Assembly: GCA_042565725.1 (NCBI GenBank)
Contig: JBHORK010000003.1
Location: forward strand, 10,000 to 73,999
Length of the DNA stretch: 64,000 nt
Source of the DNA: Verrucomicrobiota bacterium
GTDB taxonomy: Bacteria > Verrucomicrobiota > Kiritimatiellia > UBA8416 > JBHORK01
Reading direction: 5' to 3'
Numbering within the stretch: the stretch's first letter is position 1; each line of letters opens with the position of its first letter. Below the pieces are notes generated by a model, which was not told the origin of the DNA, ran no database searches, and saw nothing but the letters and a program-made list of their open reading frames with translations. The position numbers were made by a program, and so were the translations under genes. Below are positions 20,206 to 30,150 of this stretch, in pieces.

Positions 20206-22500
20206 ATGGCCGATAAACATCAGATTTCCTCTGAATTGTCCCGTGAACTTTCCTTGTTTCACATCACTATGATGGGGCTTGGGATGATGATAGGCGCGGG
20301 TGTTTTTATTGGTATGGGAAACGCTATACTTCATGCCGGACCCGGCGGTGTTGTCCTCACCTTTGCTCTGAATGGAGTATTGGCTCTATTTACAGCAATG
20401 TCATACGCCGAATTAAGCTCAGCCATTCCAAGGGCGGGCGGTGCTTACAATTTTGCGCGTGTCGGGTTCGGGCGGGAAACAAGCTTCCTTGCCGGCTGGA
20501 TGGAATGGTTTGCGTCAAGTGTTGCAGGTAGTTTGTATGCTGTAACATTTGCCATTTACACAGTTCGTTTTCTCTCCGTTACTGGAGCGCTTGATCATGT
20601 AATTATTGACGTGTTTGATCTTGAAAAAATCGTTGCGGTAATTGTTGCTGCTTTTTTTATTTACATAAATTATCGAGGAGCTTCAGAGACCGGGCGTATA
20701 GGTGCTTTCTTTACATTAGGACAAACACTGTTTCTTGTCGTCATTGGTGTTGTCGGCATTGTTACGGTTGTTAAGGATCCATCGCGTCTCCAGAATTTTC
20801 AGCCATTTATGCCGGAAGGGTGGGGGAAACTCCTAATCACTATGGGTTTTACATACGTTGCCTTTGAGGGCTTTGAAGTAATAGCTCAAGCGGGCGATGA
20901 AGCTATTGACCCGCGGCGCAATTTGCCTAAGGCAATGTTGTATTCAGTTTTTATTGTTACTATTATTTATATAGTTGTGGCATTTGCGGCAGTGATTGCA
21001 GTTAAAGATGTCGGGACGGAACCTTGGAAGTGGATCGGGCAATTTAAGGAAAAAGGGTTTGGGGAAGCTGTTTCTCGACTGATGCCGGCAGGTAATTTGC
21101 TTCTTACACTTGCCGTAATTTTTGCGTCCACTTCAGCGTTGAATGCCACCATCTACTCCGCCACCAGAGCATCGTACGCTCTTGGCCGCGATCGTATGCT
21201 GCCGTCTTTCTTTGCGAAAATATCAAAAACAAGGAAAACACCCTGGGTGGCATTGTTGTTTACAGGATTAATTATAATCATAATAGCAACGGTTCTGCCC
21301 ACAATGGATGTTGCTTCCAGCGCCAGTATAATGTTTCTGTTTCTCTTCTTCCTGGTCAATCTATGCGTAATAAAAATACGCAGGAATATGAGTGATGAAC
21401 TTACCTATGGCTTCATAATGCCGTTTTTCCCGCTTTTCCCCATTGTAGCCATTATTGGTCAGGTAATTCTTGCGGCATGGCTTGTTCATATGAGTGTGAT
21501 AGCCTGGATTGTGGCGCCGGTGTGGATATTATCCGGAGCGTTGATCTATAGGTTGTACTCAAAATCACGTGTTGAAACAAGTGAACATGAAATATTGGTT
21601 TTTGAAGAAGAAAAAGCACCTGAAGGCAGCGAATACAAGATTATGGTCGCAGTAGCCAATCCGGACAATGCGCTTAACATGATCAGACATACGTATACCC
21701 TTTGTGCTGTTAAAGATGCGCGTGTTGAAATCCTTCATATGGTACCTGTTCCAGACCAGGTTCCTCTGTCCGATGCTGGTCTTTATATGCTTGAAGGTAA
21801 AGAGGCTGTTACGGAGACTATGCTTTATCTGGCTCCTCAATTTCCTTCAAGCTCAACGATACGTTACTGTCGAAATGTTGCGCGAGGAATAGTGAGTGCT
21901 GCCCGCGAAAAGAAAGCAGATATGTTGATAATAGGTTGGCGCGGTTCTTCAGCGGCGTTTCCGGATTCACCGAGGGCAAGTGGAAGAGGATTTGTGCTTG
22001 GCAGTACTGTCGATCCGGTTGTGGAGAGGGTCCCCTGTAATGTGGTGGTTCTGAAAAACTGTCAGGATCAGAAATTTAAACATATTTTAGTACCGGTAGC
22101 CGGCGGACCAAACAGCGCGTTTGCTTTCGAAATTGCCGGCGTCCTTGCTGAAAAAAATGCAGGGAAAATCACCGCCTTTACAGTTGGTTCTGGAGAAAGA
22201 ATCGAACGGTTTGATATCGAGGAGTTTGTTGAGAATAATATGGAGAAAATTTCTTTGCCGCGAACCAGGATTAATATCAAGATTTCAAATAAGTCCGATG
22301 TCGTATCATCAATTCTGAAAGAAATTGATAATGAGAAGGAAGAATATGATCTGGTGGTAATGGGATATACGCGTCAGTCACAACTGCGCAGAATGAGAAG
22401 AGCGTCAGCTCCGGAATCAGTCGCAAGATTGTGTTCCAAGCCTTTTGTCATGGTCAAAGCATCCGGAGGTATTAAGTCGTGGGTCAAAAGATGGATGTAA
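20206..22500 (+). CDS. APC-family amino acid permease fused to two C-terminal universal stress protein domains
   Basis: GMMIGAGVF, SYAELSSAIPRAGGAY, about 12 hydrophobic segments, then IMVAVANP and ILVPVAGGPNS USP starts, LGSTVDPV. Confidence 0.9.
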   Translation: MADKHQISSELSRELSLFHITMMGLGMMIGAGVFIGMGNAILHAGPGGVVLTFALNGVLALFTAMSYAELSSAIPRAGGAYNFARVGFGRETSFLAGWMEWFASSVAGSLYAVTFAIYTVRFLSVTGALDHVIIDVFDLEKIVAVIVAAFFIYINYRGASETGRIGAFFTLGQTLFLVVIGVVGIVTVVKDPSRLQNFQPFMPEGWGKLLITMGFTYVAFEGFEVIAQAGDEAIDPRRNLPKAMLYSVFIVTIIYIVVAFAAVIAVKDVGTEPWKWIGQFKEKGFGEAVSRLMPAGNLLLTLAVIFASTSALNATIYSATRASYALGRDRMLPSFFAKISKTRKTPWVALLFTGLIIIIIATVLPTMDVASSASIMFLFLFFLVNLCVIKIRRNMSDELTYGFIMPFFPLFPIVAIIGQVILAAWLVHMSVIAWIVAPVWILSGALIYRLYSKSRVETSEHEILVFEEEKAPEGSEYKIMVAVANPDNALNMIRHTYTLCAVKDARVEILHMVPVPDQVPLSDAGLYMLEGKEAVTETMLYLAPQFPSSSTIRYCRNVARGIVSAAREKKADMLIIGWRGSSAAFPDSPRASGRGFVLGSTVDPVVERVPCNVVVLKNCQDQKFKHILVPVAGGPNSAFAFEIAGVLAEKNAGKITAFTVGSGERIERFDIEEFVENNMEKISLPRTRINIKISNKSDVVSSILKEIDNEKEEYDLVVMGYTRQSQLRRMRRASAPESVARLCSKPFVMVKASGGIKSWVKRWM

Positions 22501-22507
22501 GAAGACG

Positions 22508-22627
22508 ATAAATTATGAATTATGAATGATGAATGTAGAGCAGGGATGCGGAAAGGAAGCAAATAATCAAAAGGGAAGGTTGATCCGAATTCTTTTATTC
22601 AGCATTTATCATTTATCGTTTATCATT
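22508..22627. repeat. Inverted heptamer element (ATGAATT / TTATCAT family)
   Basis: Left arm ataaattatgaattatgaatgatgaat, right arm attcagcatttatcatttatcgtttatcatt. Confidence 0.75.
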
Positions 22628-22635
22628 CTCTTCGC

Positions 22636-22664
22636 TTGACACTTAATAACACTGTGTGTAGATT
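22636..22664 (+). promoter_or_regulatory. sigma70-type promoter of infA
   Basis: TTGACA-17 nt-TAGATT. Confidence 0.6.
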
Positions 22665-22702
22665 CGAATCAAATATTAAAGCCGGTAAGCAAGGAAGTAT
22701 TA

Positions 22703-22924
22703 ATGCCTAAAAATGACGCAATAGAAGCGCTAGGAACCGTTGTAAAGGTTTTACCCGCAACCATGTACACGGTGCGTCTTGAAAATGGTCACGAGCTTCT
22801 TGCTCATATATCCGGAAAAATGCGGAAAAACTTCATAAAGATTACTACGGGCGACAAAGTAACTCTTGAAATCTCACCTTACGACCTTTCCAAGGGTCGT
22901 ATTACTTATAGACACAAGAATTGA
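22703..22924 (+). CDS. infA: Translation initiation factor IF-1
   Basis: [40 protein letters not shown]. Confidence 0.99.
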   Translation: MPKNDAIEALGTVVKVLPATMYTVRLENGHELLAHISGKMRKNFIKITTGDKVTLEISPYDLSKGRITYRHKN

Positions 22925-23020
22925 ACGTCGAACATTGGACATTGAACGTTCAACATCGAAGCATGAGAGAAAATCAGGACTTTCGAAGTTCGAAGTTGAG
23001 TGTTCGATGTTGGAAGTTTA
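22921..23020. repeat. Inverted heptamer element, AACATCG family, empty copy
   Basis: Left arm gaacgtcgaacattggacattgaacgttcaacatcgaa, right arm ttcgaagttcgaagttgagtgttcgatgttggaagtt, spacer of about 20 nt containing an ATG. Confidence 0.85.
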
Positions 23021-23131
23021 GATTGTGAGATAATAAGCTGTAATAGTTTAATCTGTAACACGTTATAATATTTTTAAGGGCTCCTTAGCTTAGCACCTAT
23101 GGGACGCGGGGTGGTGTCTTTCCATGATCAA

Positions 23132-23959
23132 CTATCTTAGATTGAATATTTTCAGACATTTCCTGAAATCACTTGGCAGAGGTGAGGATGTAGTGATTTT
23201 ATCGCCTGTATAAGGATCATGAAACATAAGTTTTGAAGCATGCAGCATCTGACGAGCGATTCCGATCAGTTTGTCTGACAATTGTCGCTGTGTACCGTGA
23301 CAACGATCTCCCAGGACGGGATGACGGAGAATCGCGAGATGTTTTCGTATCTGATGTGTTCTTCCTGTTTCAGTATTAATCAGCAAATGGCTGGCATCTT
23401 TGTTTGCGTCGAGTGTTTCCATATGAGTTATTGCGCATTGACTGTCGATAGGTATTGTTATTGTCCGTTTATTGCATATGATTTGACCCGCACTTATTGC
23501 GTGGTATGTTTTTTTAACATGACGTATTCGAAATAAGGAGATAACCTTTTGGAGCGCCTCTTGATTCTTAGCCAGAAGCAGGCATCCAGTGGTATCTTTG
23601 TCGAGTCTGTGGGCAGCCGTAAGCAGGGGCATTTTTAATTGTATGCGCAGGCAAGACTCAATGCTGTCTTTGCCGTTTGATAGAATTCCTGCGGTCTTAT
23701 TTACGATTAAATAGTTATTGTTTTCGAAAAGGACTTGAGGTTTGTGTTTTTTTATTGGGTTTTCATGCGGGAGGATGATTTCTACCTTGTCGCCTCTATT
23801 AAGCTTGTGACGTGTTATCCATATCCTTTGACGGTTCACAAGCACGTTGCGGGTATCTATGAGTTTTTTGGCCTTCTTTTTGGAAATATCAAGTTTCTTG
23901 GCCAGAAACTGAAGCAGTGTAATTCCATCTTTTTTAGATATAATGCAGATGGTTTTCAT
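23132..23959 (-). CDS. RluA-family pseudouridine synthase with S4-like N-terminus
   Basis: IVNKTAG, HRLDKDTTGCLL, TGRTHQIRKHL, HPVLGD, QMLHA. Confidence 0.93.
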   Translation of the reverse strand: MKTICIISKKDGITLLQFLAKKLDISKKKAKKLIDTRNVLVNRQRIWITRHKLNRGDKVEIILPHENPIKKHKPQVLFENNNYLIVNKTAGILSNGKDSIESCLRIQLKMPLLTAAHRLDKDTTGCLLLAKNQEALQKVISLFRIRHVKKTYHAISAGQIICNKRTITIPIDSQCAITHMETLDANKDASHLLINTETGRTHQIRKHLAILRHPVLGDRCHGTQRQLSDKLIGIARQMLHASKLMFHDPYTGDKITTSSPLPSDFRKCLKIFNLR

Positions 23960-24073
23960 CTAATAAGTATAGCCGATTTTGTCGTTATAGATAGTATAAT
24001 TCATGCTATTGACATGCATCAATGTATATGATAACGTCCGCCCTTCATTTTGGTAATAAAGATGGAGTAAGTT

Positions 24074-24757
24074 ATGCCGAAAAACAAGAAAAGCACTGCA
24101 AGCACCAGAAAGACTGCAAAATCAGGCAGAAAAAAGACTGCTTCTGCAGCTAAGAAAAAGCGTTCTTCGTCGAAAACAAAGTCCGTAAAACGGTCTTCAA
24201 AAGCAACTTCTGGCAAGACAAAAAGAAAAGTCGCTAAGAAATCTTCAAAGAAACCTGCTGCAAAAAAAACTACTGCAAAGAAATCTGTCGCAAAAAAAAC
24301 CGTCGCAAAAAAAGTTGTTGTAAGAAAAAAGGCTGAGAAGCCCGTACGTCTTCATATTCCGGCGGACGAGAAGAGAGAGTTTATACAGTTATTGCTGGAT
24401 TTGCGAGAAAGGTTAAAAGGCCAGATTGAGTCGCTGAAGGGTGGGTCGTTGACCAGATCTGATTCCGTAGCGTCGGAGGAAGACGGAACTGATGCATTTG
24501 ATCGTCAATTTGCCCTGAAACTGGTAAGCTCGGAACATGATATTGTCTTTGAGATCGATGAGGCATTACGCAGGATAGAGGCAAGAACTTATGGAGTTTG
24601 TGAAGGGTGTAAAAAAGCTATTGAAAAACTGCGTCTGAAAGCCTTGCCTTTTGTCAAAATGTGCGTGAAATGCCAATCGGAGATTGAAAACGGAAGACCG
24701 GGTTTCTATAAAATAAACTCTCTTGCTCTGAATCATGAAGCAGAAGCAGAGCGCTGA
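24074..24757 (+). CDS. dksA: DksA/TraR C4-zinc-finger protein with Lys/Ala/Ser-rich N-terminal tail
   Basis: EIDEALRRIEARTYGVCEGC, RLKALPF..MCVKCQ; directly upstream of lspA. Confidence 0.85.
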   Translation: MPKNKKSTASTRKTAKSGRKKTASAAKKKRSSSKTKSVKRSSKATSGKTKRKVAKKSSKKPAAKKTTAKKSVAKKTVAKKVVVRKKAEKPVRLHIPADEKREFIQLLLDLRERLKGQIESLKGGSLTRSDSVASEEDGTDAFDRQFALKLVSSEHDIVFEIDEALRRIEARTYGVCEGCKKAIEKLRLKALPFVKMCVKCQSEIENGRPGFYKINSLALNHEAEAER

Positions 24758-24814
24758 GGTGTTTCGTGCAAAAGAGGGCAAAGGGAACACGGTTGACTAT
24801 ATAAATTAGCCTAA

Positions 24815-25300
24815 ATGATTGTTCTCTGTCTGAGTATCTTTATCGCTGTTGCTGACCAGATTACGAAATATCTGGCTAGACATTTTCTTTGCCTGGGCCG
24901 GCCTGTGCCGATTGTTTCGGGTTTCTTTAATCTAACATACATTCAGAATACTGGTGCAGCGTGGGGCAGGTTTCAGGGCTTTAATGACTTGCTGGTAGTT
25001 ATGTCTGTAATCGTCTTAATACTAATGATTGTATTCAGACGATCTTTTTTTGCCGGTCAATTGACTCAGAAGATTGCTTTAGGCTTAGTGGTGGGCGGTA
25101 TCATCGGGAATCTAATAGACCGGCTTAAACTTGATTATGTGGTCGATTTTCTCGATTTTTGTTGGAAATCAAAGCATTTTCCAGCTTTCAACATAGCGGA
25201 TTCTGCTATCTGCATAGGTGTGGGGCTTTATATGCTGTTGCAGATTAAAGGAAATCGCAGTCAGGAAAAGACAGTAGACGGAAAGCAGAAAGATGCTTAA
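24815..25300 (+). CDS. lspA: Lipoprotein signal peptidase II
   Basis: DQITK, NTGAAWG, GGIIGNLIDR, VVDF, PAFNIADSAI. Confidence 0.97.
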   Translation: MIVLCLSIFIAVADQITKYLARHFLCLGRPVPIVSGFFNLTYIQNTGAAWGRFQGFNDLLVVMSVIVLILMIVFRRSFFAGQLTQKIALGLVVGGIIGNLIDRLKLDYVVDFLDFCWKSKHFPAFNIADSAICIGVGLYMLLQIKGNRSQEKTVDGKQKDA

Positions 25301-25314
25301 TTGGAAATCGGAAC

Positions 25315-26298
25315 GTGGCACAAGTTTCATCAAATGCTTATTTTCTTGTAGGGCCAACGGCAGTGGGAAAGAGTTCAGTGGCCCAATGGATAGCGGAAAA
25401 TTATCATTACGATATACTCTCCGCAGATTCCATGCTTGTTTACAAGGGTATGGATATCGGAACCGCAAAACCTTCTAAAGAAAACAGGACCAAAGTTCGT
25501 TACTACGGTGTTGATCTTGTTGATCCCGACGAAACCTTCAGTGTGGGGCATTACTATCGTCACGCGTGCACAGTTCTGAATGAAATAGTTTCCGGCAACA
25601 GAAAGGTCATTGTCGCTGGCGGTACGGGGCTGTACGTTAAAAGCTTAACACATGGGTTCTCGTCTTTACCCGAAAATCGTTCAGAAACGCGTGCTCATTG
25701 GGCGCGGGTGCTCAGCGATCAAGGAGTAACGGCTCTACAGCAGGCGCTACGCGAAAAGAATAAAGCCGTCTATGAAGCTTTGGAAGACAATAAGAACGCT
25801 CGACGTCTGATCCGTGCGTTGGAAATGACTGAAGCAGGGATGAAGGAGTTACCAAGTAATTGGGAGGATGATGCAGGTCTCTCCGATGATAAGTCACGTG
25901 ATAAGAGTTCTGCCCGCAACTGTACGTTAACTGGTTTGATGCTGCCCACGGAACAGCTTCTTTCAAAGATAGAAAAACGAGTAAAGGAGATGTTCGAACA
26001 GGGACTTGTTGAAGAAGTTAAAACTATTATTGATCAGTATGGTGATTTGTCAAACACGGCAAAACAGGCGATAGGTTATTCAGAGGTGGGTTGTCTGTTG
26101 GAAGGAAAATGTTCACTCAGTGAAGCAATTGAAAGAACGGTAATACGAACGCGTCAATTGGCAAAAAAACAAAAGACATGGTTCAGGCACCAGGCTGATG
26201 TAAAATGGATTAATATAGACATTAATATGAAAACACGTGATATTGCGGAACAGGTGCTGGCATGTTGGGAGGAATGCGGACCTGTAGATATTCAATGA
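25315..26298 (+). CDS. miaA: tRNA dimethylallyltransferase
   Basis: GPTAVGKS, SADSMLVYKGMDIGTAKP, GGTGLY, QAIGY, TRQLAKKQKTWFR. Confidence 0.97.
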   Translation: MAQVSSNAYFLVGPTAVGKSSVAQWIAENYHYDILSADSMLVYKGMDIGTAKPSKENRTKVRYYGVDLVDPDETFSVGHYYRHACTVLNEIVSGNRKVIVAGGTGLYVKSLTHGFSSLPENRSETRAHWARVLSDQGVTALQQALREKNKAVYEALEDNKNARRLIRALEMTEAGMKELPSNWEDDAGLSDDKSRDKSSARNCTLTGLMLPTEQLLSKIEKRVKEMFEQGLVEEVKTIIDQYGDLSNTAKQAIGYSEVGCLLEGKCSLSEAIERTVIRTRQLAKKQKTWFRHQADVKWINIDINMKTRDIAEQVLACWEECGPVDIQ

Positions 26299-26420
26299 TA
26301 AAATATGATTGATGAATGATGAAAAAGAGAGGGAAATTAGAAATTGGAAATTTGGAAGTAAAGAGGCAGGTGCTAGGTTTTGGGTTTGAGCCTAACAGCC
26401 TTCAGTCTGCAGCCTAAGTA
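26295..26420. repeat. Stack of heptamer remnants (ATGAATG, GGAAATT, CAGCCTA types)
   Basis: atgattgatgaatgatgaa; ggaaattagaaattggaaatttggaa; agcctaacagccttcagtctgcagccta. Confidence 0.6.
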
Positions 26421-26450
26421 ACGAGATACTGAATGAAGGTATAGAAAATC

Positions 26451-27188
26451 ATGGCGGAATCGTCTTATATTATTAAACCGGCTCCTAAAAGGGTCCGAGA
26501 TATGCCGAAAAAACTTCAGCCCAGGGAAGAACTTGATCGTGTTGGAGTTGAGCATGTTTCCGATGTTGTTCTGTTGTCTGTGATCTTACGCAGTGGTGTT
26601 CATGGAATGAACGTAGTTGAACTGGCTGTTCAGCTGCTGAAGGATTACGGCTCGTTTACCGAATTAACCAAGGCGTCGATTGATGAACTTGCATCCGTCA
26701 AAGGTATGGGCAAAGTCAAGGCACAGGTTCTGATGGCGGCACTGGAAATTGCCAAAAGATTGTCTTTAGAGTCAGTGCCTGAACGTTGCAGAATAAAGAC
26801 TCCGGAGGATGCGGCCTGCCTGCTTAGAGAAGAGGTAAGAACGCTGGAAAGAGAAGTATTCTGGATTCTCATGCTTGATACCAGGAATCACCTTAAGCGG
26901 GTACCTGTTGATGTGACTAGAGGGTTGCTTGACGCCAGCCTTATTCATCCGCGGGAGGTGTTTAGGGAGGCTATACGGTCCATGGCGGCCGCGGTTGTTC
27001 TGATTCATAATCATCCTTCTGGTGATTGCACTCCTTCGGCAGAGGATATTAGAATTACAAAACAGCTTGTCGCCGCAGGTCAAATAGTTGATATTAAGGT
27101 GCTTGATCATGTAATACTTGGGAAGAAGGCAGGAAATGATAAAAATGATTTTCTGAGCCTTCGTGAGCAGGGTATAGTGGAGTTTTGA
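26451..27188 (+). CDS. radC: RadC/UPF0758 JAB-domain protein
   Basis: PRE, helix-hairpin-helix KGMGKVKA, IHPREVFREAI, HNHPSGD..PS.ED, LDHVI. Confidence 0.95.
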   Translation: MAESSYIIKPAPKRVRDMPKKLQPREELDRVGVEHVSDVVLLSVILRSGVHGMNVVELAVQLLKDYGSFTELTKASIDELASVKGMGKVKAQVLMAALEIAKRLSLESVPERCRIKTPEDAACLLREEVRTLEREVFWILMLDTRNHLKRVPVDVTRGLLDASLIHPREVFREAIRSMAAAVVLIHNHPSGDCTPSAEDIRITKQLVAAGQIVDIKVLDHVILGKKAGNDKNDFLSLREQGIVEF

Positions 27189-27207
27189 TAAGGGCATTCG
27201 AAAAGAA

Positions 27208-27352
27208 GAATATCCAACAGCCAACAAGGAATATCCAGTGACCAAGTTTAAGATTTTAACGGAATTGCGCAAAGAAAAGAACATTGCTTCGTTTTGCCTT
27301 GTCCTCAGTTCCGATGTTCGGTTGGATATTCCTTGTTGGTTATTGGATGTTG
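27208..27352. repeat. Inverted-arm element, CCAACAAGGAAT family, copy 2
   Basis: Left arm gaatatccaacagccaacaaggaatatcca, right arm ttggatattccttgttggttattggatgtt. Confidence 0.85.
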
Positions 27353-27410
27353 AAAACCCCAAAATTGAAAATACTTTTCCGAATAACGTTTAACTGATAA
27401 CATCTTCACC

Positions 27411-28193
27411 ATGATCCATAAGACAGCAGTAATAGAACCCGAAGCGGAGTTGGGCGTAAATGTCACGGTTGGCCCCTTCTCGTATATTGATAAGGACGTC
27501 CGTATAGGCGATGGTTGTGTGATTGGTCCGCATGTGAGTATTCTGAAACACACGTCAATCGGCAGCGGCTGTGAAATCCATTCCGGGGCCGTGCTGGGAG
27601 ATCTTCCGCAGGACACTGAATTTGAAAAGGAGGAGTCTTTTGTCAGTATCGGATCAAATTGTATTATTCGTGAATGTGTAACAGTTCATCGCGGGACAAA
27701 GACCGGCACAACAACAGAGATAGGTGACGAATGTTTTCTGATGGCTTTTTCGCACTGCGCGCACAATGTTAAATTAGCGCGAGGTGTGATTCTTGCGAAT
27801 GGAGCATTGCTTGCTGGATATGTGGAAGCAGGTGAACGCGTATTTATTAGCGGCAATGTTCTTGTGCATCAATTTGTTAAAATCGGGCGATTGGCCATGT
27901 TGGGCGGCGCTTGCGGAATATCCAAGGATGTGCCGCCGTTTTGTACCATCAGGCCTCTTGCTGCCAATGTAATACTTGGCCTCAATGTAGTAGGCATGAG
28001 ACGTGCCGCTTTAACTCCTGATGAGCGAAAGCAGGTCAAGCAGGCTTTTAATATTCTATACAAGTCGGGATTGAATGTGATGGACGCGACAAATAAAATT
28101 AAAAATACTTTTTCTTCTGGCCCCGCGCTGGAGTTTTGTGATTTTATTGAAAAATCTGAACGCGGTATCTGCAGATTTTCATCTGACCAATGA
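27411..28193 (+). CDS. lpxA: UDP-N-acetylglucosamine acyltransferase
   Basis: MIHKTAVI hexapeptide repeats, GDLPQD, IRECVTVHRGT, HCAHN, VHQFVKIG, GLNVVGMRR. Confidence 0.95.
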   Translation: MIHKTAVIEPEAELGVNVTVGPFSYIDKDVRIGDGCVIGPHVSILKHTSIGSGCEIHSGAVLGDLPQDTEFEKEESFVSIGSNCIIRECVTVHRGTKTGTTTEIGDECFLMAFSHCAHNVKLARGVILANGALLAGYVEAGERVFISGNVLVHQFVKIGRLAMLGGACGISKDVPPFCTIRPLAANVILGLNVVGMRRAALTPDERKQVKQAFNILYKSGLNVMDATNKIKNTFSSGPALEFCDFIEKSERGICRFSSDQ

Positions 28194-28214
28194 CAAGAGA
28201 CAAGGATATAAACT

Positions 28215-29459
28215 ATGAATTCCAGAGAACGTATATTAGCCGCTGTTAATCATCAGGAACTTGATCGGGTGCCGATTGATCTTGGGTCAAACCCAAGTTC
28301 CGGTATTTCTGCCATTGCTTACGGAAATTTAAGAAAACATTTGGGAATAAAAGAAGGGCATACCCGTATTTATGATGTGGTGCAGCAGCTGGCTCAGCCG
28401 GAAGATATGATTCTCGATCGATTCGATGTAGATGTAGTGGATATCGGCCGTGCGTTTAATACGGAAGATTCTGCCTGGTACGATATAACCGTTGCTGATG
28501 GTGCCACGGCGCAATATCCGACATGGTTCAAGCCCGAACATCTGGAAGATGGATCACGGAAAGCATATACAAAAGACGGAATTCATGTTGCATCTATGCC
28601 TGCGGGCGGTACGTTTTATGATCAGACATGCTTTCCGTATTTAGACGGATACCCGGATGATTATGGTAATTTGCCGGATGCGATGGGTAAAGTGCTCTGG
28701 TCAGCTCTGGTCCACAGTCCGTGGGATCATGCTGGTGAGGAGGATTTCTGGGAGCAGTTGCGCGAAAAAACACTGAAGCTTAGAGAAGAAACCGACAGGG
28801 CATTAATGATAGTATGCGGCTGTAATTTGTTTGAGTGGGGTACTTTCCTGCGGCGCATGGATAATTTTCTTATGGATTTGATGCTTGAGCAGGATAAAGT
28901 TGAGAAGCTGCTTGATGCGCTGATGGAGCAGCATCTTGCGGCCTTGCGAAAGGTGTGCGAAAGTGTTGGGGATATTGTTGATATTCTGCGGTTTGGCGAT
29001 GATCTGGGCATGGATACTGGCCCATTCATGCAGCCGGCTATATATCAAAAGCTGTTTAAACCGCGCCATAAGATTCTCTGTGATTATGTGCATAAAAACA
29101 GTGGCATGAAAACATTTCTGCATTCATGCGGTTCTATTTATGCGTTTATGCCGGATTTGATTGAGTCAGGTTATGATATTATTAATCCGGTTCAGACCAA
29201 CTGTCAGGATATGGGACCCGAACGACTGAAAAAAGAATTTGGAAAGCATATAACATTCTGGGGCGGTGGATGCGACACTCGTACTGTTCTTAATCGGGCC
29301 ACACCTGAAGAAATTAAAAAACATGTCCTTGAACGTTTGGAAATATTTGCACCCGGCGGCGGTTTTGTGTTTAATACTGTTCATAATATTCTGCCTGAAG
29401 TTCCACCGGAAAACGTGGTCGCGATATTTGATGCTGTTAAAGAGTTTAATGCTTGTTAG
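28215..29459 (+). CDS. Uroporphyrinogen decarboxylase (UroD/MtaA-CmuA) family protein, probably methyltransferase-like
   Basis: MNSRERILAA..H.E.DRVPID, FGDDLG, FLHSCG, INPVQ, FWGGGCDT, GGFVFNTVHNI. Confidence 0.85.
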   Translation: MNSRERILAAVNHQELDRVPIDLGSNPSSGISAIAYGNLRKHLGIKEGHTRIYDVVQQLAQPEDMILDRFDVDVVDIGRAFNTEDSAWYDITVADGATAQYPTWFKPEHLEDGSRKAYTKDGIHVASMPAGGTFYDQTCFPYLDGYPDDYGNLPDAMGKVLWSALVHSPWDHAGEEDFWEQLREKTLKLREETDRALMIVCGCNLFEWGTFLRRMDNFLMDLMLEQDKVEKLLDALMEQHLAALRKVCESVGDIVDILRFGDDLGMDTGPFMQPAIYQKLFKPRHKILCDYVHKNSGMKTFLHSCGSIYAFMPDLIESGYDIINPVQTNCQDMGPERLKKEFGKHITFWGGGCDTRTVLNRATPEEIKKHVLERLEIFAPGGGFVFNTVHNILPEVPPENVVAIFDAVKEFNAC

Positions 29460-29501
29460 GCTTGGTTTGAGTAATCTTTAATTAATGAGAAAGGAGTAGT
29501 T

Positions 29502-29936
29502 ATGCTGAAAGGGATTCCTAATATACTATCGCCGGAGTTATTGAAAATCATAATGGAGATGGGGCATGGTGATGAAATCGTTATTGCGGATGGTAATTTT
29601 CCCGCCGCAAGTATAGCTCAAAGACTCTTGAGAGCTGATGGACATGGGGTGCCGGAGCTTTTGAAGGCTATATTGCGTGTGTATCCACTTGATATCTATG
29701 TGGACCAGCCTGTTGCCCTGATGCAGGTTGTGCCAGGTGATCCGACTAAGCCTGTAATATGGGAAGAGTATCGTTCCATTATTAAGGATAGCGGTGAAAA
29801 ATTCTCAGATTTCGATTTTGTGGAAAGATTCGACTTCTATGAGAGAGCAAAGAAAGCTTACGCAGTTATTGCTACAAGCGAAGGCGCTCTTTATGCCAAT
29901 ATTATCCTGAAAAAGGGTGTTATTAAAGCGGAATAG
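29502..29936 (+). CDS. fucU: L-fucose mutarotase (RbsD/FucU family)
   Basis: MLKGIPNILSPELLK..MEMGHGDEIVIADGNFP, ERFDFYERAKKAYAVIATSE.A.YANIILKKGV. Confidence 0.93.
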   Translation: MLKGIPNILSPELLKIIMEMGHGDEIVIADGNFPAASIAQRLLRADGHGVPELLKAILRVYPLDIYVDQPVALMQVVPGDPTKPVIWEEYRSIIKDSGEKFSDFDFVERFDFYERAKKAYAVIATSEGALYANIILKKGVIKAE

Positions 29937-30017
29937 GGCTTTGAGCTATTTCATGATGTAAGCTTTTTCAATAATTATATATGTGAAAAATAAAAAGGCT
30001 TAATTTATTATCTTTCC

Positions 30018-30095
30018 TGGAGTACTGGAGTGTTGGAGTAATGATTAAATTGGCAAAAATTCTTTTTCCAATACTCCATCATTCCATTACTCCAT
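30018..30095. repeat. Inverted octamer element (TGGAGTAN / TACTCCAN family)
   Basis: Left arm tggagtactggagtgttggagtaatg, right arm caatactccatcattccattactcca. Single arms also at about 39534-39572 and 60746-60763. Confidence 0.8.
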
Positions 30096-30150
30096 TATTT
30101 ATCGGGGCAAATAAACAAAGCAAATAACTCTATTTACAGGCTTATATAAG

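Noticed and set aside
17665-23108. Shared 12-mer cctatgggacgc at about 17665 and 23096
   Set aside because: Only two copies in different contexts; could be chance.
23078-23120. gggctccttagcttagc resembles a tRNA 5' end
   Set aside because: No anticodon arm, TTCG T-loop or acceptor-stem complement follows.
25868-25920. Extra residues in miaA (DDKSRDKSS) with a tgataag duplication
   Set aside because: Falls in a naturally variable linker and lacks the hairpin or a clear array; insufficient evidence.
26451-27188. radC as a marker of a mobile island
   Set aside because: Full-length chromosomal type with helix-hairpin-helix region among housekeeping genes; no integrase nearby.
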